Notes under the pieces: model-generated
Databases searched by the model: none
The model's input: the letters and a program-made list of their open reading frames with translations, nothing else
What the model was told of the DNA's origin: nothing
Position numbers and translations under genes: made by a program
In this document: piece after piece, positions 47,800 through 61,809 of the stretch
Numbering within the stretch: position 1 is the first letter of the stretch
How the letters are laid out: the number at the start of each line of letters is the position of its first letter
From: Stegostoma tigrinum
Lineage: Eukaryota
Length of the DNA: 64,000 nt
Direction of reading: 5' to 3'
NCBI RefSeq assembly: GCF_030684315.1
Contig: NC_081354.1
Span: 19,338,226 to 19,402,225 of the forward strand

Positions 47800-49580
47800 A
47801 GGGGGAGTGGCGTTTTTGATTAGTGATAACATTACAGCAGTATTTAGGGAGGATATTTCTGGGAATATGTCCAGGTAAGTTATTTGGAAATAAGAAAAGA
47901 ATGATCACCTTATTGGGATTGTACGAGAGACACCCCCCCAATAGTCAGAAGGAAATGGAGAAATAAATTTGAGGAGATCTCAGTTATTTGTAAGAACAAT
48001 AGGGTGGTTATGGTAGGGAATTTTAACTTTCCAAACAAAGACTGAGACTGCCAGAGTATTAAGGGTTTTTTTGGAGAGGAATTTAAGTGCGTACAATATA
48101 ATTTTCCGATCCAGAATGTGGATGTACCTATGAGAGAAGGCGTAAAACTTGACCTACTGTTGGGAAATAAGGCAGGGCAGGTGACTGAGGCGTCAGCAGG
48201 GGAGCACTTCGGGAGGAGTGACCATAATTCTATTAGTTTTAAAACATTAATGGTAAAGGATAGACTGGATCTAAAAGCTAAAGTTCTAAACTGGAAGAAA
48301 GCTAATTTTGATGGTATTAAGCAAAACATTCAACAGTTAATTGGGGGCAGACGTTTGCAGGTAAAGGGTCGGCTGGAAAATGGGAAGCATTCAAAAATAA
48401 GATAATGAGAGTCCAGAAACTGTATGTTCCTGTTAGGGTAAAGGGCAAGGCTGGTAGTTGTACGGAATGCTGGATGACTAGAATAAGAAGGAAGCAGATG
48501 TCAGGTAGAGACAGCTGAGATCATGTGAATCTCTGGAACAGTATAAAGGAAATAGGAGTACATTGAAGAAGAAAATCAGTAGGGCGATTTAGGGCCATAA
48601 GATAGCTTTGGCAAATACAGTTAAAGAGAATCCAAAGGGATTCTACAAATACTTATTCTAGTCATCCAGACAAATGGGAGGTGCTGCATTTTGGAAAAAC
48701 AAATCAGGCCAAGAGTCATTCATTTAATGGCAAGGTCCTGGGGAATGTTGCTGAACAAAGAGACCTTGGAGTGCAGGTTAGTATTTCCTTGAAAGTGGAG
48801 TTACAGGTAGATAGGATAGTGAAGAAAGTGTTTGGTATGCTTGCCTTTATCGGTCAGGGCATTGAGTATTGGACTTGAGAGGTCATATTGCAACTATATA
48901 GGGAATTAGTTAGGCCACTATTGGAATATTGCATGCAATTCCGGTCTCCCTGTAATTGGAAGGATGTTGTGAAACTTGAAAGGGTTCAGAAAAGATTCAA
49001 AAGGACGTTGCTAGGGTTGGAGGGCTTGAATTATAGAGAGAAGCAGAGGAGACTGGGGCTATATTCCCTGGAACGTCAAAATGCTAAGAGGTGACCTTAT
49101 AGAGGTTTACAAAATCATGAGGGGCAATGAACAGGGTAAATAGCCAAGGTCTTTTCCCCAGGGTGGGGACCCAAAACTAGAGTACTTGGGCTTAAGGTGA
49201 GAGGGAAAAATTTAAAAGGGACTCAGGGTAACAAAGTGTGGAGCTGGATAAACACAGCAGGCCAAACAGCATCCAGCTCCACACTTTGTTATCTTGGATT
49301 CTCCAGCATCTGCAATTCCCATTATCTCAGGGACTCAGGGTGTAGCTTTCTCATGCAGAGGGTGGTCCTTGTATGGAACGAGCTGCCACAGGAAGGGGAG
49401 GAAGCTGGTATAATTACAACATTTAAAAAGGCATCCGAATGGGTATATGAATAGAAAAAGTTTAGAGGGATACCGTGCAAATGCTGACAAATGGGACTAG
49501 ATTTATTTAGGATATTGGTCGGCATGGACGAGTTGGACTGAAGTGTCTGTTTCCATGCTGTATATCTCTATGACTCTAAG
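47800..49580 (+). mobile_element. CR1 ORF2 with large internal deletion
   Basis: Endonuclease (VMVGNFNFP, LDLLLGN, GRSDHNSISF) to ~48650 (ENPKGFYKY), then directly post-RT (LHFGKTNQ, RPLLEYCMQF) and tail. Confidence 0.88.
49230..49328. mobile_element. Short PLE fold-back insertion, family A
   Basis: TAACAAAGTGTGGAGCTGGAT / ATCCAGCTCCACACTTTGTTA hairpin plus tail; perfect 13 bp TSD AGGGACTCAGGGT at 49217-49229 and 49329-49341. Confidence 0.9.
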
Positions 49581-49763
49581 TGGAGCTACAGTGAAGCTGA
49601 TGGAAGCTAATTGTGGTTAGGTTGAAGATTGCATTGTGCAAACTTCATTGTGTTGTAAAAATTTCTCCACTCTAATCAGATTGTGGTCAGGTCAGCTTAG
49701 AGGCACTTGAACATCAACTGGGTGGCAAAGGGCTGTTTTTGGTTACACAAGCCTGAAAAAAAC

Positions 49764-50078
49764 CTGAATACACAAGATGTAACCTTTTGTCTCAGTGAGA
49801 CATTTCTTGCTCTCTCACTCTTTCTGCCCAAAATCTCAAAGACAATGTATCCACTATCTACCTAGCATTTCTGCTTTGAGATGTGAAATTTTTTAAAACT
49901 GTTTTCAGTAGGACTCGCCCACAGTCTCCACAAGCTTGCTATCCAGCAGAACACACACAAAATCAAATGGCTAATTTCAAATTCTAATTTATCTGATTTT
50001 CCCTCAGTTAGATGACGGACGGAAGTCACATTCCTACTCTCACACAAAAAAAATTTTTGTTAAATAAACTAGATAAAA
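49764..50078 (+). repeat. ~320 bp diverged direct repeat, copy 2
   Basis: See 45924-46253. Confidence 0.85.
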
Positions 50079-50719
50079 CTAAACTATTCTTCATATCTAG
50101 GACTAAAGTCTAGTCTCTCTACGTGCTTTACACTGCATTAACAAAAGGTCTGAGGTGGCTTTATTTGCAGCATTTTTGGTAAAAGAATCTAGGGCCTGGG
50201 ACAAAGGCTCATTTTTAATCAGTCCAAGTCTTTCCAAGTTAACCCAGAGTTCCTGCTACCAACATAGGAAAAGAAAGGGGAGGATTGGTAGCCAAATGTT
50301 TATTTGCTGTAGAATCAGACAGTATAAGATCACAATGTTGTGTGTTATTTTGGAACACAGAACTTGCAATACAATTTGTTTAGTTTCTAATCATTTCATC
50401 TGTTCAAATGAAATTAACTGCAATTCAGTAATTTGTAATTTTATCTTGGGTTATTGGAGAATCAAATTCCATTTCATCCATTCCAGGGCACATGGTAATA
50501 AACTGAAAACAACTGCTTGATGCATTGTTAGGATGTTCAACTAATTATTGACAGTTTGGGAAAAATCTAACCGCTATTGGATTAGTTCATTTATTTTGTT
50601 AACCAGTCACTGTTTCTATTGTTCAGGACACTATTAAGCTTAACACTAAAATATTTACATGCATTTTATAAACGTAATCAGCATAAAACACATCATATTT
50701 CTAGTTGTTGTCAAGAAGT

Positions 50720-51016
50720 GGGGTGGCACGGTAGCTCAATGATTAGCACTGCAGCCTCACAACACCAGGGACCCAGGCTCGATTCCAGCCTCGGGCAATT
50801 GTCTGTGTGGAGTTTGCACATTCCCCCAGTGTCTGCGTGGGTTTCCTCCCACAGTCCAAAAATGTGCAGGCTAGGTGGATTGGCCATGCTAAATTGCCCT
50901 TAGTATTCAGGGGTGTGGGGGTTATTGGGGGGTGGGTCTGGGTGGGACATATCAAGGGGCGGTGTTGACTTGTTGGGCCGAAGGGCCTGTTTCCACACTG
51001 TAGGGAATCCAATCTT
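50720..51016 (+). mobile_element. HE1-type SINE, well preserved
   Basis: A box TAGCTCAATGA, B box GGCTCGATTCC, V-core, tail GGGCCGAAGGGCCTGTTTCCACACTGTAGGGAATC. Confidence 0.9.
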
Positions 51017-52319
51017 AAAAAAAAGTTCAAGTATTTACAAATCTATTCTCTGGTAAATAAAATGGATTGACTGTTTTAAAAACTATGCTATTATTAAAAA
51101 TGTTGCTATAAAAATGGAAAAGTGTGACAATGTGCAAATTGTACTTAAATCTATACATTACATGTGACAAAGTGGATACAATTTATGTATGACTAAAAAG
51201 ACACACGAAGTTGAAGCTTATCATCTTGCATTAATCAAGAAATGCAAGGAAACAAACTTTTTAGCAAATGTTTAAGTTCCACACTACCAAACAATTATTT
51301 CTAATGCACCAACATCATATATAGGATTATTGCAAGTTAGGTCCATATACAAGTGACACATTGATATCTGTCTATATTGACAGTTGCTGTTAAGTGATTA
51401 CCTGCGAACAAATTCAAGCAATTATCCAGGAATGCTTTTGCTCAAGGAGAGGCAAACAGTATGTAACAAAAACCAGGAATTAAATCAAGTTCCTGCAAAA
51501 TACTAGAATTGAGTTGCTTTAGAATGTACGAGTTGCCTCCTCGTGTTTCCAAACCATCTTTCACAACACTCTTTGAGCACAACACCTATTGGGAATGGGG
51601 GGGTGAGGAATTTGAGAGAGGTAGGGTGTCTTATTCCAATCATAAAATGCACCAAATTTGTTCAGGTATATTAAAAAGCAGCAAAGACTGGTTCTCATTC
51701 TGATCAATTATGTCTCAGTGAAAATCAAAAATGTAAATAATGGAAAATAAAATTAGTTTTGAAGTAAATTGAGTAGTCAACACAATCTTATTTTGGCCTA
51801 ACTCAGTGGGAAACTAACTCTCAAAATATAGCTTGCGCTTTTAGTTTTAACAGGACTAATCAAAGCAAGCAATTTGGCACATAATTTCATGCGGTGAACG
51901 TTGCCATGAACAAGTCATTCTAACTTTTGCCTGTCACCACAATCAGTTAACATTAGCTTTGCAACAGCACGTGACTGAGTTCACAGGGATGAATTATTCA
52001 GTGTAATTAAATCTCGAGGAAAAACTTCTCAGGAATAATGCCAACAGCTTCAGATTGGAAATGTAGGTCTAAGCTCAGTTTCCTGTTAAGTTGTCGCCCC
52101 AGAGTTTATGGGATTGGGTCTGGAGCGGACATGAAGGCAGTGGCCCAGCCTCCTGGCAAAGTTTACTACCCTTCTTCTGAAAACACGTTCAGTGGGGGCC
52201 ACAACATCCAACACATTGCTTCAGATCTCTTAATCAAATTTAATTTATCACGTATCTGCCCATTTCAATATTCTACCTATGCTCCTGAAATTGTTACATT
52301 TGATTGTTGGTATTATTAG

Positions 52320-52760
52320 TAAACTTTGCAATTACGTCCCTCAATGTGGAAGCCCAGAACTTCAATATATATCCAAATCTGCAGTAGTCCTAATCCTGGG
52401 AGAAAAATCATAAACCACCTGTGCTTTCTGTCAACTAAAGCTGTCGCTTCTGCTTTAATTCTATCAAATTCAAACTTGCCAACAAGTTTGTTTCTCAAAT
52501 GTTGTTTGAAAGTCCCGATACATAACATCAACTGCATTTCTCCCGATTTATTCATCAAATAATTCTATCAAGTTTGTCAGATACAAGTTGCCTTTAACAA
52601 AATCATATTGACTGCAACGTATTAACTCAGATTTTCCTGTGACAATTAACTTTGTTCTGGATTTATGGTCTCTAGGTGTTTCACTGACATTACACTGACT
52701 GGCCTAATTACAAGAAATATTTTTCTTTTTGAACAGGGCTGTAATTCCTAATTTGTAAAA
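52320..52760 (-). mobile_element. Old CR1 RT fragment
   Basis: Minus strand GATGCAGTTGATGTTATGTATCGGGACTTTCAAACAACATTTGA (DAVDVMY.DFQ..F). Confidence 0.55.
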
Positions 52761-53569
52761 TTATCCAAAGCTGAGAAATTGATATTTATGCACACATACA
52801 GGCAATATGTTCTACATCAACTCTCTTACAAACACATTCTCATAAAAGAAACACGAACATAACATTAGTCCTTGTATAAATGATACTGCAGAGATTTGTA
52901 GAGCTCATTGTAATATAATCCCTAAAAAAATCACCTGCTCACTTTTTTAAACGGCTATTAAATCCCTTGGGTTGCTGAATGACTTGAAGAAACAGTTTAA
53001 AAAGGTCACTGCGGATCTGCCATCTGTGAAGTATATTTTCTAGTTATCAGTTATTTAATGTGACAATCATTTACATTTTGAAACATAACTTGATGCATCT
53101 GAAATTGTTACAATCAAATATTCTATAATAACCCTCACAACGTAGAATTATTAATAATTGCTTGTTCATAAATAACACGTTTCAAACTGCAATCTTTTTC
53201 AATTTAAGTTTTCTCCTGGGCGTAGAGCAGTTTCGCCTATTAATACCCCTTTGTTTATAGCGTTCTAATCATTGAATTTAGGTGGGTAAAAAAGATCAGT
53301 TTATAAATAATGATGTTCGTTTAGAAGGTACTAATCTCTTCAGTTAATCTCCATTTGTTGACATTAACATTGCCTTCTGAGAGTGATTCACATCCAGTTT
53401 AAGAATAACGTGAGAAATTATGATTATTTAATTTACAATGTTTACAGTAAGTTCAACAATGTGGCCACTGGAAGACTGCACTAACGTTGTGTTTTTGAGC
53501 GAAGTGTGTCATTGTTTGGTTTTAGGTATTTTCTGGGTCTGTAGATTGTAAAAGGGGCTGAAATGATTT

Positions 53570-54540
53570 TTAGTAGGATGATGTGCCCATCCTGTCAGAT
53601 GAGACACATCAGGGAGAGTTTGAATGTTCCTGGAGACTATGTCTGCAGCAAGTGCATTTCGTTGTGAATCCTCTTGGACCACATGAATCAATTGGGGCAG
53701 CAGCTCGAGGCAATGAGTTGTTAAAGGGGTGTGATGGAAGGCAGTTTCAAGAGCGTGGAAACACCACAGATGCAGGCAGGTATGTGGTTGACTGCTGGGA
53801 AAGGTGGAAGTAGGCAGGTGGTACAGGAGTCTCCTATGGCTATTCCCATCTCTAAGTTATGCCATATTGAATAGTGTGGGGGGGGGTGCTGAATGGCTCT
53901 AATGTAGTGACGGATACATCAGTATCCAAGTGATCAACTGTCATTGGGGGCTATATAGTCTGCAGCACAGACAGGCATTTCTGCAGCTGTCAGTTGGACG
54001 TCAGGATAAGTGCGTTGACTTTCTAGTGCCTGGGTTGAGGATGTCTCAGAGAGGAGTCGGAATATTTTGGAAGAGGACATTGACCAGCAGGAGGTCGTTG
54101 TGTACCAAAGACTTAAGGAGGGGAAGTTATGAGATTCTGCAGAGAAAACAGGAAATTAGGCAGGAGGTTAAAAGGTATATCCTCAAAAGGTAGTGATATC
54201 TAGACTTCTACTGGTGCTATTTGCCAGTGGCAGTAGGAATAGGAGGGAGAGCAGATGAATGCATGCATGGTTGAAGAGATGGTGCAGGAAGCAATAATTC
54301 ACATTTTGGACTTTTGAGATCTCTTCAGCAGTAGAAATGACTTGTTCAAGAGGGACATATTCCATCGGAATTGGAAGGAAACCAATATCCTTATAGGGAC
54401 ATTTACTAGTGCCATTTGCGAGGCTTTAAGTCAGTATGAGGGGGAGGAGTTGTGGGAACCAAGGTGACAGAAAAGACAAAAAAGCAGCTTCAGCCATGGT
54501 AAATTAGAGGAGAAAGTCAAGTAGTCAAGGTAGACCATAA
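53570..54540 (+). pseudogene. Degenerate CR1 ORF1 (zinc finger + esterase)
   Basis: CPSC...DYVCSKC; VPGLRMS~PGARV.D; WLKRWCRK; collinear with 13682-14629. Confidence 0.65.
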
Positions 54541-54629
54541 TTGCATGATGCCAGAAATGCTTTTCCCAACTCAAAAATAACAGCTGCAACCAAATTTCTT
54601 CAGGAATATGCTTTATTCTTGTTGCCATT

Positions 54630-54810
54630 AAAATAACTCCACCGAGGCCAGTATCCCATCACCAAGTCACTCTTGACTTACATGTGTGAGGTCCTTGACA
54701 CTGATCCAGCTCCCTCACCATATATCGGAGTGACAGGATGTCTGACGCTCCTGTTTTTATCTGGCAACCAGGGCTCCTAGATTGGATCAGATTAACGGCC
54801 CCTTTCAATA
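54630..54810. mobile_element. Possible solo LTR fragment
   Basis: GC-richer block; on the minus strand GATCCAATC precedes GATAAAAACAGGAG (CCAAT/TATA-like order). Recognised by eye only. Confidence 0.3.
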
Positions 54811-56069
54811 CCCAGGTTTACATCATTGTCAAAGCGTGTTATTGTTTTACACCAAAGGAAGAGCGCTTTTGGGCTGTACAGGAGCTTCTCCACTGAACAA
54901 AGGCAAAAATACATTTTTCATATATTTGCTTATAGCCCACCTCGGCTGTTAAGAGAAAAAAAACATATTATTAATTAGTTACACACAAAATCTGATTTAA
55001 CATCTGATTGTGTGATCAGTTCGTAGACAGCTCTCAGCCGACTCATGGTCTCACGTCTACTGGATCCCCTTATCAATTGTCCTTCAGTCTTCACAATACA
55101 TCTTAGTGAGCCACATTCCAGAGAGTACTCCTTTGCTGATAAGAGTGGTTCTCCTCAATCCACTTAATTCTGAATTTTCACAGGATTATAATTAAAACCC
55201 ATATGGCTGTAGTTTCAAACTCCATTTCAATGCGTGATAGATGATTATACTTCATTTCAGATTAATTCTCCACAGAAAACAATACATGGCTTTGCTTTTA
55301 CCACATTGTACGTTACTTCAGGTAGCTCACTCTGGTGTTCTACACAAGCATCTACATCTGTTTCTGTATAACAGAGCCCATTGTATGCATTGCACAGGAC
55401 CCTTTGTGTGTTATCTTTATCTTGTTACCATGGATATTCTCCCTCTATGAGGAAATCTATTTACTCCAGCTTATAGTTTGACTTAAAACAATGGCCTGTA
55501 CAAGCTAAAAGTCTTCAGTTAAAAATCTTCCTCACTTTTTTTTAAAAAATCAACTTAGGGCTACTTTGAGCCATTTTGCGCTGCTTCAGCCATAGGCAGG
55601 CACAACACACTTTGAAACTTGCCTAAAAGAGTTACCAGCAGTTTAAGACCTGCTGCAACCATGTGTGTACTTGGTCATTTACAGAGCAGGCCACATATTG
55701 GCTTTTTAAAAAAATATTGTTCCAACCTATGCAAATGGTCACTCTGTGAATAGTAGAAAAGCATTTCCATAATTTGCATGCATCTGGAATGCATCCACCA
55801 TATTTTACAACTCGTGTCACTTCTGTGAAAAAGAATTCAAAATAAAAGCAATACCTGCTTCTGCAAGTTGTGGTCATGCCAAAGGCTGGTACATCTTTGG
55901 TGTAAAATTCTGCTTTTAAGGTATATCACTTTAGGAAAGCTTTTAACTTCCTTTTATATGGGCAACTAAGCAATCCTACCAGCGGTGGATCGAATTAAAT
56001 TTCTGAAATGCTTCTACATCCAGTTCTGAATGGTGGTGACCAGTAAACCATTTAATGGAAGAAAGCAAC

Positions 56070-56590
56070 TTAACACTTAATGGTATGGCACTGGGGAGCA
56101 TGGCTGAACACAGACCTTGGAGTGCAAGTTCATAGGTCCTTGAAAGTGGAGTTAAAGTAGACAGGTTAGTGACTAAAGTGCTTGGTACACTTGTCTTTAT
56201 TGGTCAGGATAGATGTTGGGATGTTATGTTGCAGCTGTACAGCACATTGGTTAGGCCACTTCTGGAATACGGTGTTCAATTCTGGAAAGCTGCTATAGAA
56301 AAGATGTTGTAAAACTTGAAAGGGCTCAGAAAAGATTTCCAAGAACATTGTCAGCATTGGAGGGTTTGAGCTATAGGGAGAGACTGAACAGGCTGGGCCT
56401 ATTTTCCCTGGAGTGTCAGAAGCTAAGACGTGACCTTATAGAGGTTTCTAAAATCATGAATGGCATGGATAGGCCAAATGGACAAGGTCTTCTTCCTGCC
56501 GTAGGCAAGTCCAAACCGAGAAAGTACAGGTTTATGGTGGGAGGGGAAAATTCAAAAGGGACCCAACGAGCACCATTTTCATGCAGGAAT
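56070..56590 (+). mobile_element. CR1 3' fragment
   Basis: ORF 56348..56641 (LEGLSYRERLNRLGLFSLE...RDLIEV). Confidence 0.85.
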
Positions 56591-56699
56591 GAGCTGTTCC
56601 AGTTACATCTACAACATGGGCATCTACTCAAAAATGTGTAAAATTATCCAGCTATGTCCTGCCATGAAAAGCAGTAAACAGCCAATTACCCCTCATTAG

Positions 56700-57310
56700 T
56701 TGGGTGATGTGCTGCTGCTGTAACATGTGGAAGCTGCTGAATACGAATGTGTAATTTGTAGTAAGAGTTTTCAACCGAAGGAAATTTGGATCTGAATTGA
56801 GGAGCTAAAATTTGAGTTGCAAACATCGGATCACATCAGAGAAGGGGGTACTTTGTTCTAAAGGTCAGTTTAAACCCACAGTCTAGGTATTTCAGAGTGG
56901 TGTGATCAGGGATAGAGGGGTGTTGCTGTAGTCGAGGCAAGTACGAGGATGAGGTGGTTACAACAGAGTCCCTGCAACTGTCCAACAGTTACGAGGTTCT
57001 TGCAAGCTGTGCAGATGAGAGTGGGGACAAGAGGAAGGATGAGCAAACCGACTATGGCACATTTGCACAGGGACCAATTCAAGTAGGGAGAGACAACAAG
57101 AATGCAGGGAACAGCATGATTAGTTCTCTGCAGCTATGAGCATGATGGCCTGCCTCGTGCTAAGGTTAAAGATATCTTCTCATCATTGTAGAAGAACTTG
57201 AAGAGCTCCTGGATCGATCCACTGATCACTGTCCACATTGATGCCAATGACATTGGTAGGATTAGAAAAGGAGGTTCAGCTGAAGAATATTAAACAGTTC
57301 AGAGTGTAAA
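56700..57310 (+). pseudogene. Highly degenerate CR1 ORF1 fragment
   Basis: CCCCNMWKL...CSK; LQLSNSYEVL; GTCCACATTGATGCCAATGACATTGGT (VHI..NDIG). Confidence 0.55.
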
Positions 57311-57429
57311 AGTAGAGGTTTTGCTCAAAATTATACAAGGCAGAAGTCACTACACAGCTGGAATACTGTGAAACATTTTGGCCTCGTTATCTGAGGAAGG
57401 ATATACTGGCATTGGAAGCAATTGAGAAG

Positions 57430-57757
57430 GTTCTTTCTTCATGGCATGACAGCATCACTGCAAGGCAACATTTATTGTCTAGAGGGTTGTTAAGAAACAA
57501 CCACATTGCTGTGGGTCTGAAATCACATGTAGGACAGACCAAATCAGGATGGCAGTTTCATTCCCTAAAGAACATTAGTGAACCATAGTTTTTCCAACAA
57601 TTGACGATGATTCACAGTCGTTATGAGATTCTTAATCCCAGACACTTTTCAAATTCTACCATCTGCCATGGTAGGATTTGAACCCAGGTCCCCAGAACAT
57701 TATCTGGATCTCTGGATTAACAGTCCAGTGATAATACAACTTGGCAATCACCTCCCC
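57430..57757 (-). mobile_element. tRNA-derived SINE inserted in a CR1 fragment (57310-58075)
   Basis: Minus strand head GGGAGGTGATTGCC...GGGTTCAAATCCTACC (B box); CR1 coding breaks at GAGAAGGTTC and resumes at ACTAGACTTGTACC. Confidence 0.7.
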
Positions 57758-58079
57758 CCATTACTAGACTTGTACCAGGTACAGATGGATTGTCTTAAGA
57801 GGCAAGGCTGGGTAGGATGGGCCTGTGCTCGTTCAAATTGAGTAAAATGAGAGGCGATCTCATTGAGACATGCAAGATCCTTACAGGGCTTGACAGAATA
57901 GGTGTAGAAAGACTTTTCCATCAAAAGGAAACAACCTAAGTCAAGAGGATGCTTTCTCAGAATAAGCAGTGATTATTTAAGGAGTTGAGGATGATCAGAT
58001 TAGCCGTGATCTTACTGAACGTGGTAGCAGACTCATTGAGCTGAATGGCCGACTTCTCCTCCTTTGTTTCATGGTTTGA

Positions 58080-58535
58080 AGGTCACAGAGATGTACAGTA
58101 TAGAAACAGATGCTTCAGTCCAACTCATCCATACCGACCACATATCCTAAATTAACCTAGTGCCATTTGCCAGCATTTGGCCCATATCCCTCTAAACCCT
58201 TCCAATTCGTGTATCATCCTTTTACATGTTGTAGATGCATCAGCCTCCAAAAAATTCCTCTGGCAGCTCATTCCATTCATGCACCACTCTCTACATGAAA
58301 AAGTTGCCCTTCTGGTCCTTTTAAATCTTTCTCCTCTCACCTAAGACCTAGCATCGAGGTTGGACTCTTCTACCCTGGCAAAAAGACCTCTATTCACGCC
58401 GCTCATGATTTTATAAACTTCTATAAGCTCACCCCTTGGGCTCTGGTGCTCCAGGAAAAATAGCCCTACTCTGTTCAACCTCTCCCTATAGCTCAACCAC
58501 TCCAACCCTGACAACTTCCTGGTAATTTTTTTCTG
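58080..58535 (-). mobile_element. CR1 3' fragment
   Basis: ORF 58152..58340 (VRGERFK...); 3' UTR matches 16520-16620. Confidence 0.85.
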
Positions 58536-58539
58536 CAGG

Positions 58540-60520
58540 TGTTAAATTTGAATGAGGAAAATTATGAAAACAAGAAGCACAAGTTGGCTACTCGGATTGA
58601 GGAACTATTTTATAAGGCATGACTGAACATCAGCAATGGATTGTCGTTAACAAATTATTACTTGACTTACAGCAATTATACATTCCTTCAAAAGGTGCAA
58701 AAGCCAAATGGTCAACCATGGCTAACAAAAGAAGTTAAAGACTGTATAAAATTAAGAGGCACACAACGTGGCCAGAAATATTAATAACGCTGGAGATTAG
58801 GAACATTGTAGAATATACTAAAAGGAGGACCAAGAAATTGATGAGAATAAATACTACATATGTAAACTAGCAAAAAACAAAAATGAATCATATAGGTACT
58901 TAAAAAGGCAATGTCTGGCTATGACAAATGGGACCATTAAGAGTCAAGAGAATTTATAATAGGAAAGGAAGAATGGTAGAGAAGCTAAATTAGTGTTTTA
59001 TGACTATTTTCAATAAGGAAGTTACAAGTAATCTCTCAGAATTAGAGCCTCAAATGACTAGGGAGAATGGAGAACTGAAGATAACTCGTAACAATATTGG
59101 ACTGGAGAAATTAATAGAACTGAAAGTTGTTAAGTCTGCAGGACCTGATGGCTGACTTTTGAGAATGTTGAAAGCGGTGGTGAAAGAGACAAGTTGATGC
59201 ATTGGTAATCATCTTCCAAAGTCTGTCATGTTCTTGTCCGGTCACTGCAAATTTGCAGTTTGCAGATATCACCTATTTAAAAAAGAGCAAGACAAAAACT
59301 ATTGACACGTCAGTTTACATCAGTAGAAGGGAAACAATGCAATCTATCAAAGAAATTGAAAGGACACTTGAATAAAAATGATTTGATTGTGCATCATCTG
59401 CATGGACTTACAAATAGAAAATCATGTTTGATAAACCTGGAATTTTTTTAAAAAGGATATTATGAACAAAATTGACAGAGGGAAGTTGACAGATGTGGTG
59501 TATTTGGGTTTTCAGAAGGCTTTTGGTAAGGGGCCTTATGAGATTGGTTAGCAATCACATGGTACCAGTGGCAATGTACTGGCATGCATTAAAGGATTAG
59601 CTAACGGACAGAAAACAATAGGAATAAATGGGTCACTCGTTGGTAGACTGTGACTAGTGAGGTACTTGAGCTCTAGAGATTCACAATATATAAGTGACTT
59701 GAATATGGGGACCAAATCTAATATGATTGCATATGATATAAAACTAAGTAGGAATGTGTGTTGAAAACCATAAGTTGGTTTCTAGATGATTCAGATAGGC
59801 TCAGTGGTTGGGCAATAGCATGGCAGATTGAATAATGTGAAAAAAACATTAGGTTGTCCTCTGTGCAGAATGTTCCCTAAATGGTAAGAGGTTGGAAACT
59901 GTAGATACACAAAGGACTTGGATCCCTTGTCAATGAGTCACTTAAGGCTAGCATATAGGAATAGCCAGCTATTTGTACGGTAATTAGAATATGTATTGCA
60001 ATAGGACTTGAGTACAGAATTACTGAAGTCATTCTGCAATCATATTGGAGGTTGGTTAGGCTGCACTGCAACTAACGGGTAATTTGGTCCCATTTCAAAG
60101 ATATTATTGCCATAGAAAGAGTGCAAAAGGGCCACCAGACTTTTCTCAGGATGGCAGACTATTCGGTGAAGAGAGATTGGGGAAACTGGACCTGTATTCT
60201 CTAGATTTTCAACAAATGAGATGAGATATGATCTCATTCCAAAATAGAAGACAGCATAGATGGAGGTAGGATATCGCCCCTCGGCTGAGGTGTCTAGGCT
60301 TGGATTATAATTTAAAAATGAAGTTGCCATTGGAAGCTGAGATGAGAAGTGCTTTTACTCAGAGGGTAATGAATATTTGAAATTCTCCACCCAAGAGGGC
60401 TGTGTAAGTTCAGTCTTTGAGTATACTTAAAGTTGAGGTTGATAATTTTTACATCAATAATGGTGTAAAAGATTGGGGAAATAGTGTGCACAAAAGTCAT
60501 TGGAGTGCTTGATCAACCAT
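58540..60520 (+). mobile_element. Old CR1 ORF2 remnant
   Basis: AAGTCTGCAGGACCTGATGG (KS.GPDG), GATGTGGTGTATTTGGGTTTTCAGAAGGCTTTTG (DVVYL.FQKAF), TTTACTCAGAGGGTAATGAAT (FTQRVMN). Confidence 0.75.
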
Positions 60521-61809
60521 AAGCATACTAAATAAAGTCCATAAAAAGCCCCACTTCTCTGCCTGAGGTGAATCTCTAGGCAAGGTCCTTCCTTTCCTGG
60601 GTGAAATGCTGTCCCACTATGACCTTGGGTCCAGACTGACCTTCCAGGCCATTCTGAGAGTTAGTGATACTATTCTTATCATTCAGCAGTTATCATGAAC
60701 CATAGTATCCATGTTTCCATTGTCCACACGAACGATTTGGTGGGCTAAGCAACTGTCAATGCAAAGTTTATACATCCCTATTAGTATTTCAGTTTTGAGT
60801 CGCCTCCTTGCATTCCCATCTCTAATTGAAACAGAAGGGCCATCAGCAGAACTCAAGGTTTTCATTTCAAGTGACTTCCGAGACACGAACCAGCCCAGTC
60901 AGTCCGAAATAAGGTCATCTGGCCCTTTGCTCCTCCTATACACTGCCTCACCATCTTCAAAAAAACAAGTTAAATTTGTCCTTTTCTTCATTAATTTGAG
61001 TCATATTATGCAGGTTAACAAGAGTTGCAAGAAAAACTACAAAGGGAGACATTTTTTAAATATAGTGAGAATTCAGGATTGCCTCCCTTGGTTTTTATAA
61101 TTTTGTGCTGCAACATTGCTTTGGTATTGTGTCAACCATTGCCAGATATGCATTATATTAAAAGGAGACTAGGAACAATTTTCAATAAGATTTCATAAAT
61201 TCATGTCATACTGCCCCTTTATTGTCTGCACAGCGAAATTAAACATTTTAAGACTGGACATGAATCCCTGCCTCAAAGATAAAAATAGAAGCAATTTAAT
61301 CCATGCATCAAATAGCTTCCAGGCTAAAGTATGTTGAACTTGCAACAAAAATTCATCTGACGCTGCAAGGATTTAGCAAAGAATAACATACTGATTCTTC
61401 AATAATCTTCAATAATGCTTTGCCAGAGAAAACATTCATGTGTTTAATGATGCCATTAAATAGTCCTATTGTCTAGACCAATCAGTAATAATGACATTCA
61501 AATGACACTGTATGGGCTGAGACAACTGTGCACATGCACAGAACCTGAGACAACAAGTGATATTCACTAACTATATCACAGTGCCATGCATCCGTTAATA
61601 TAAAACTACTGTATAGCTGAAGCATGATAAACACAGAAATACACCAGTCACGATGTCTGACTTATTTACTCACGCCATTACCCAGGGTATCTAGATACAA
61701 AGCAAAGTACTAACGATATTCCAGGTTGGAGGTATTTCGGTAATTACAACTATAATTAGCTATAAAACAATTCAAACATCAAAATATAACAATTAAGACT
61801 TTTACTGAC

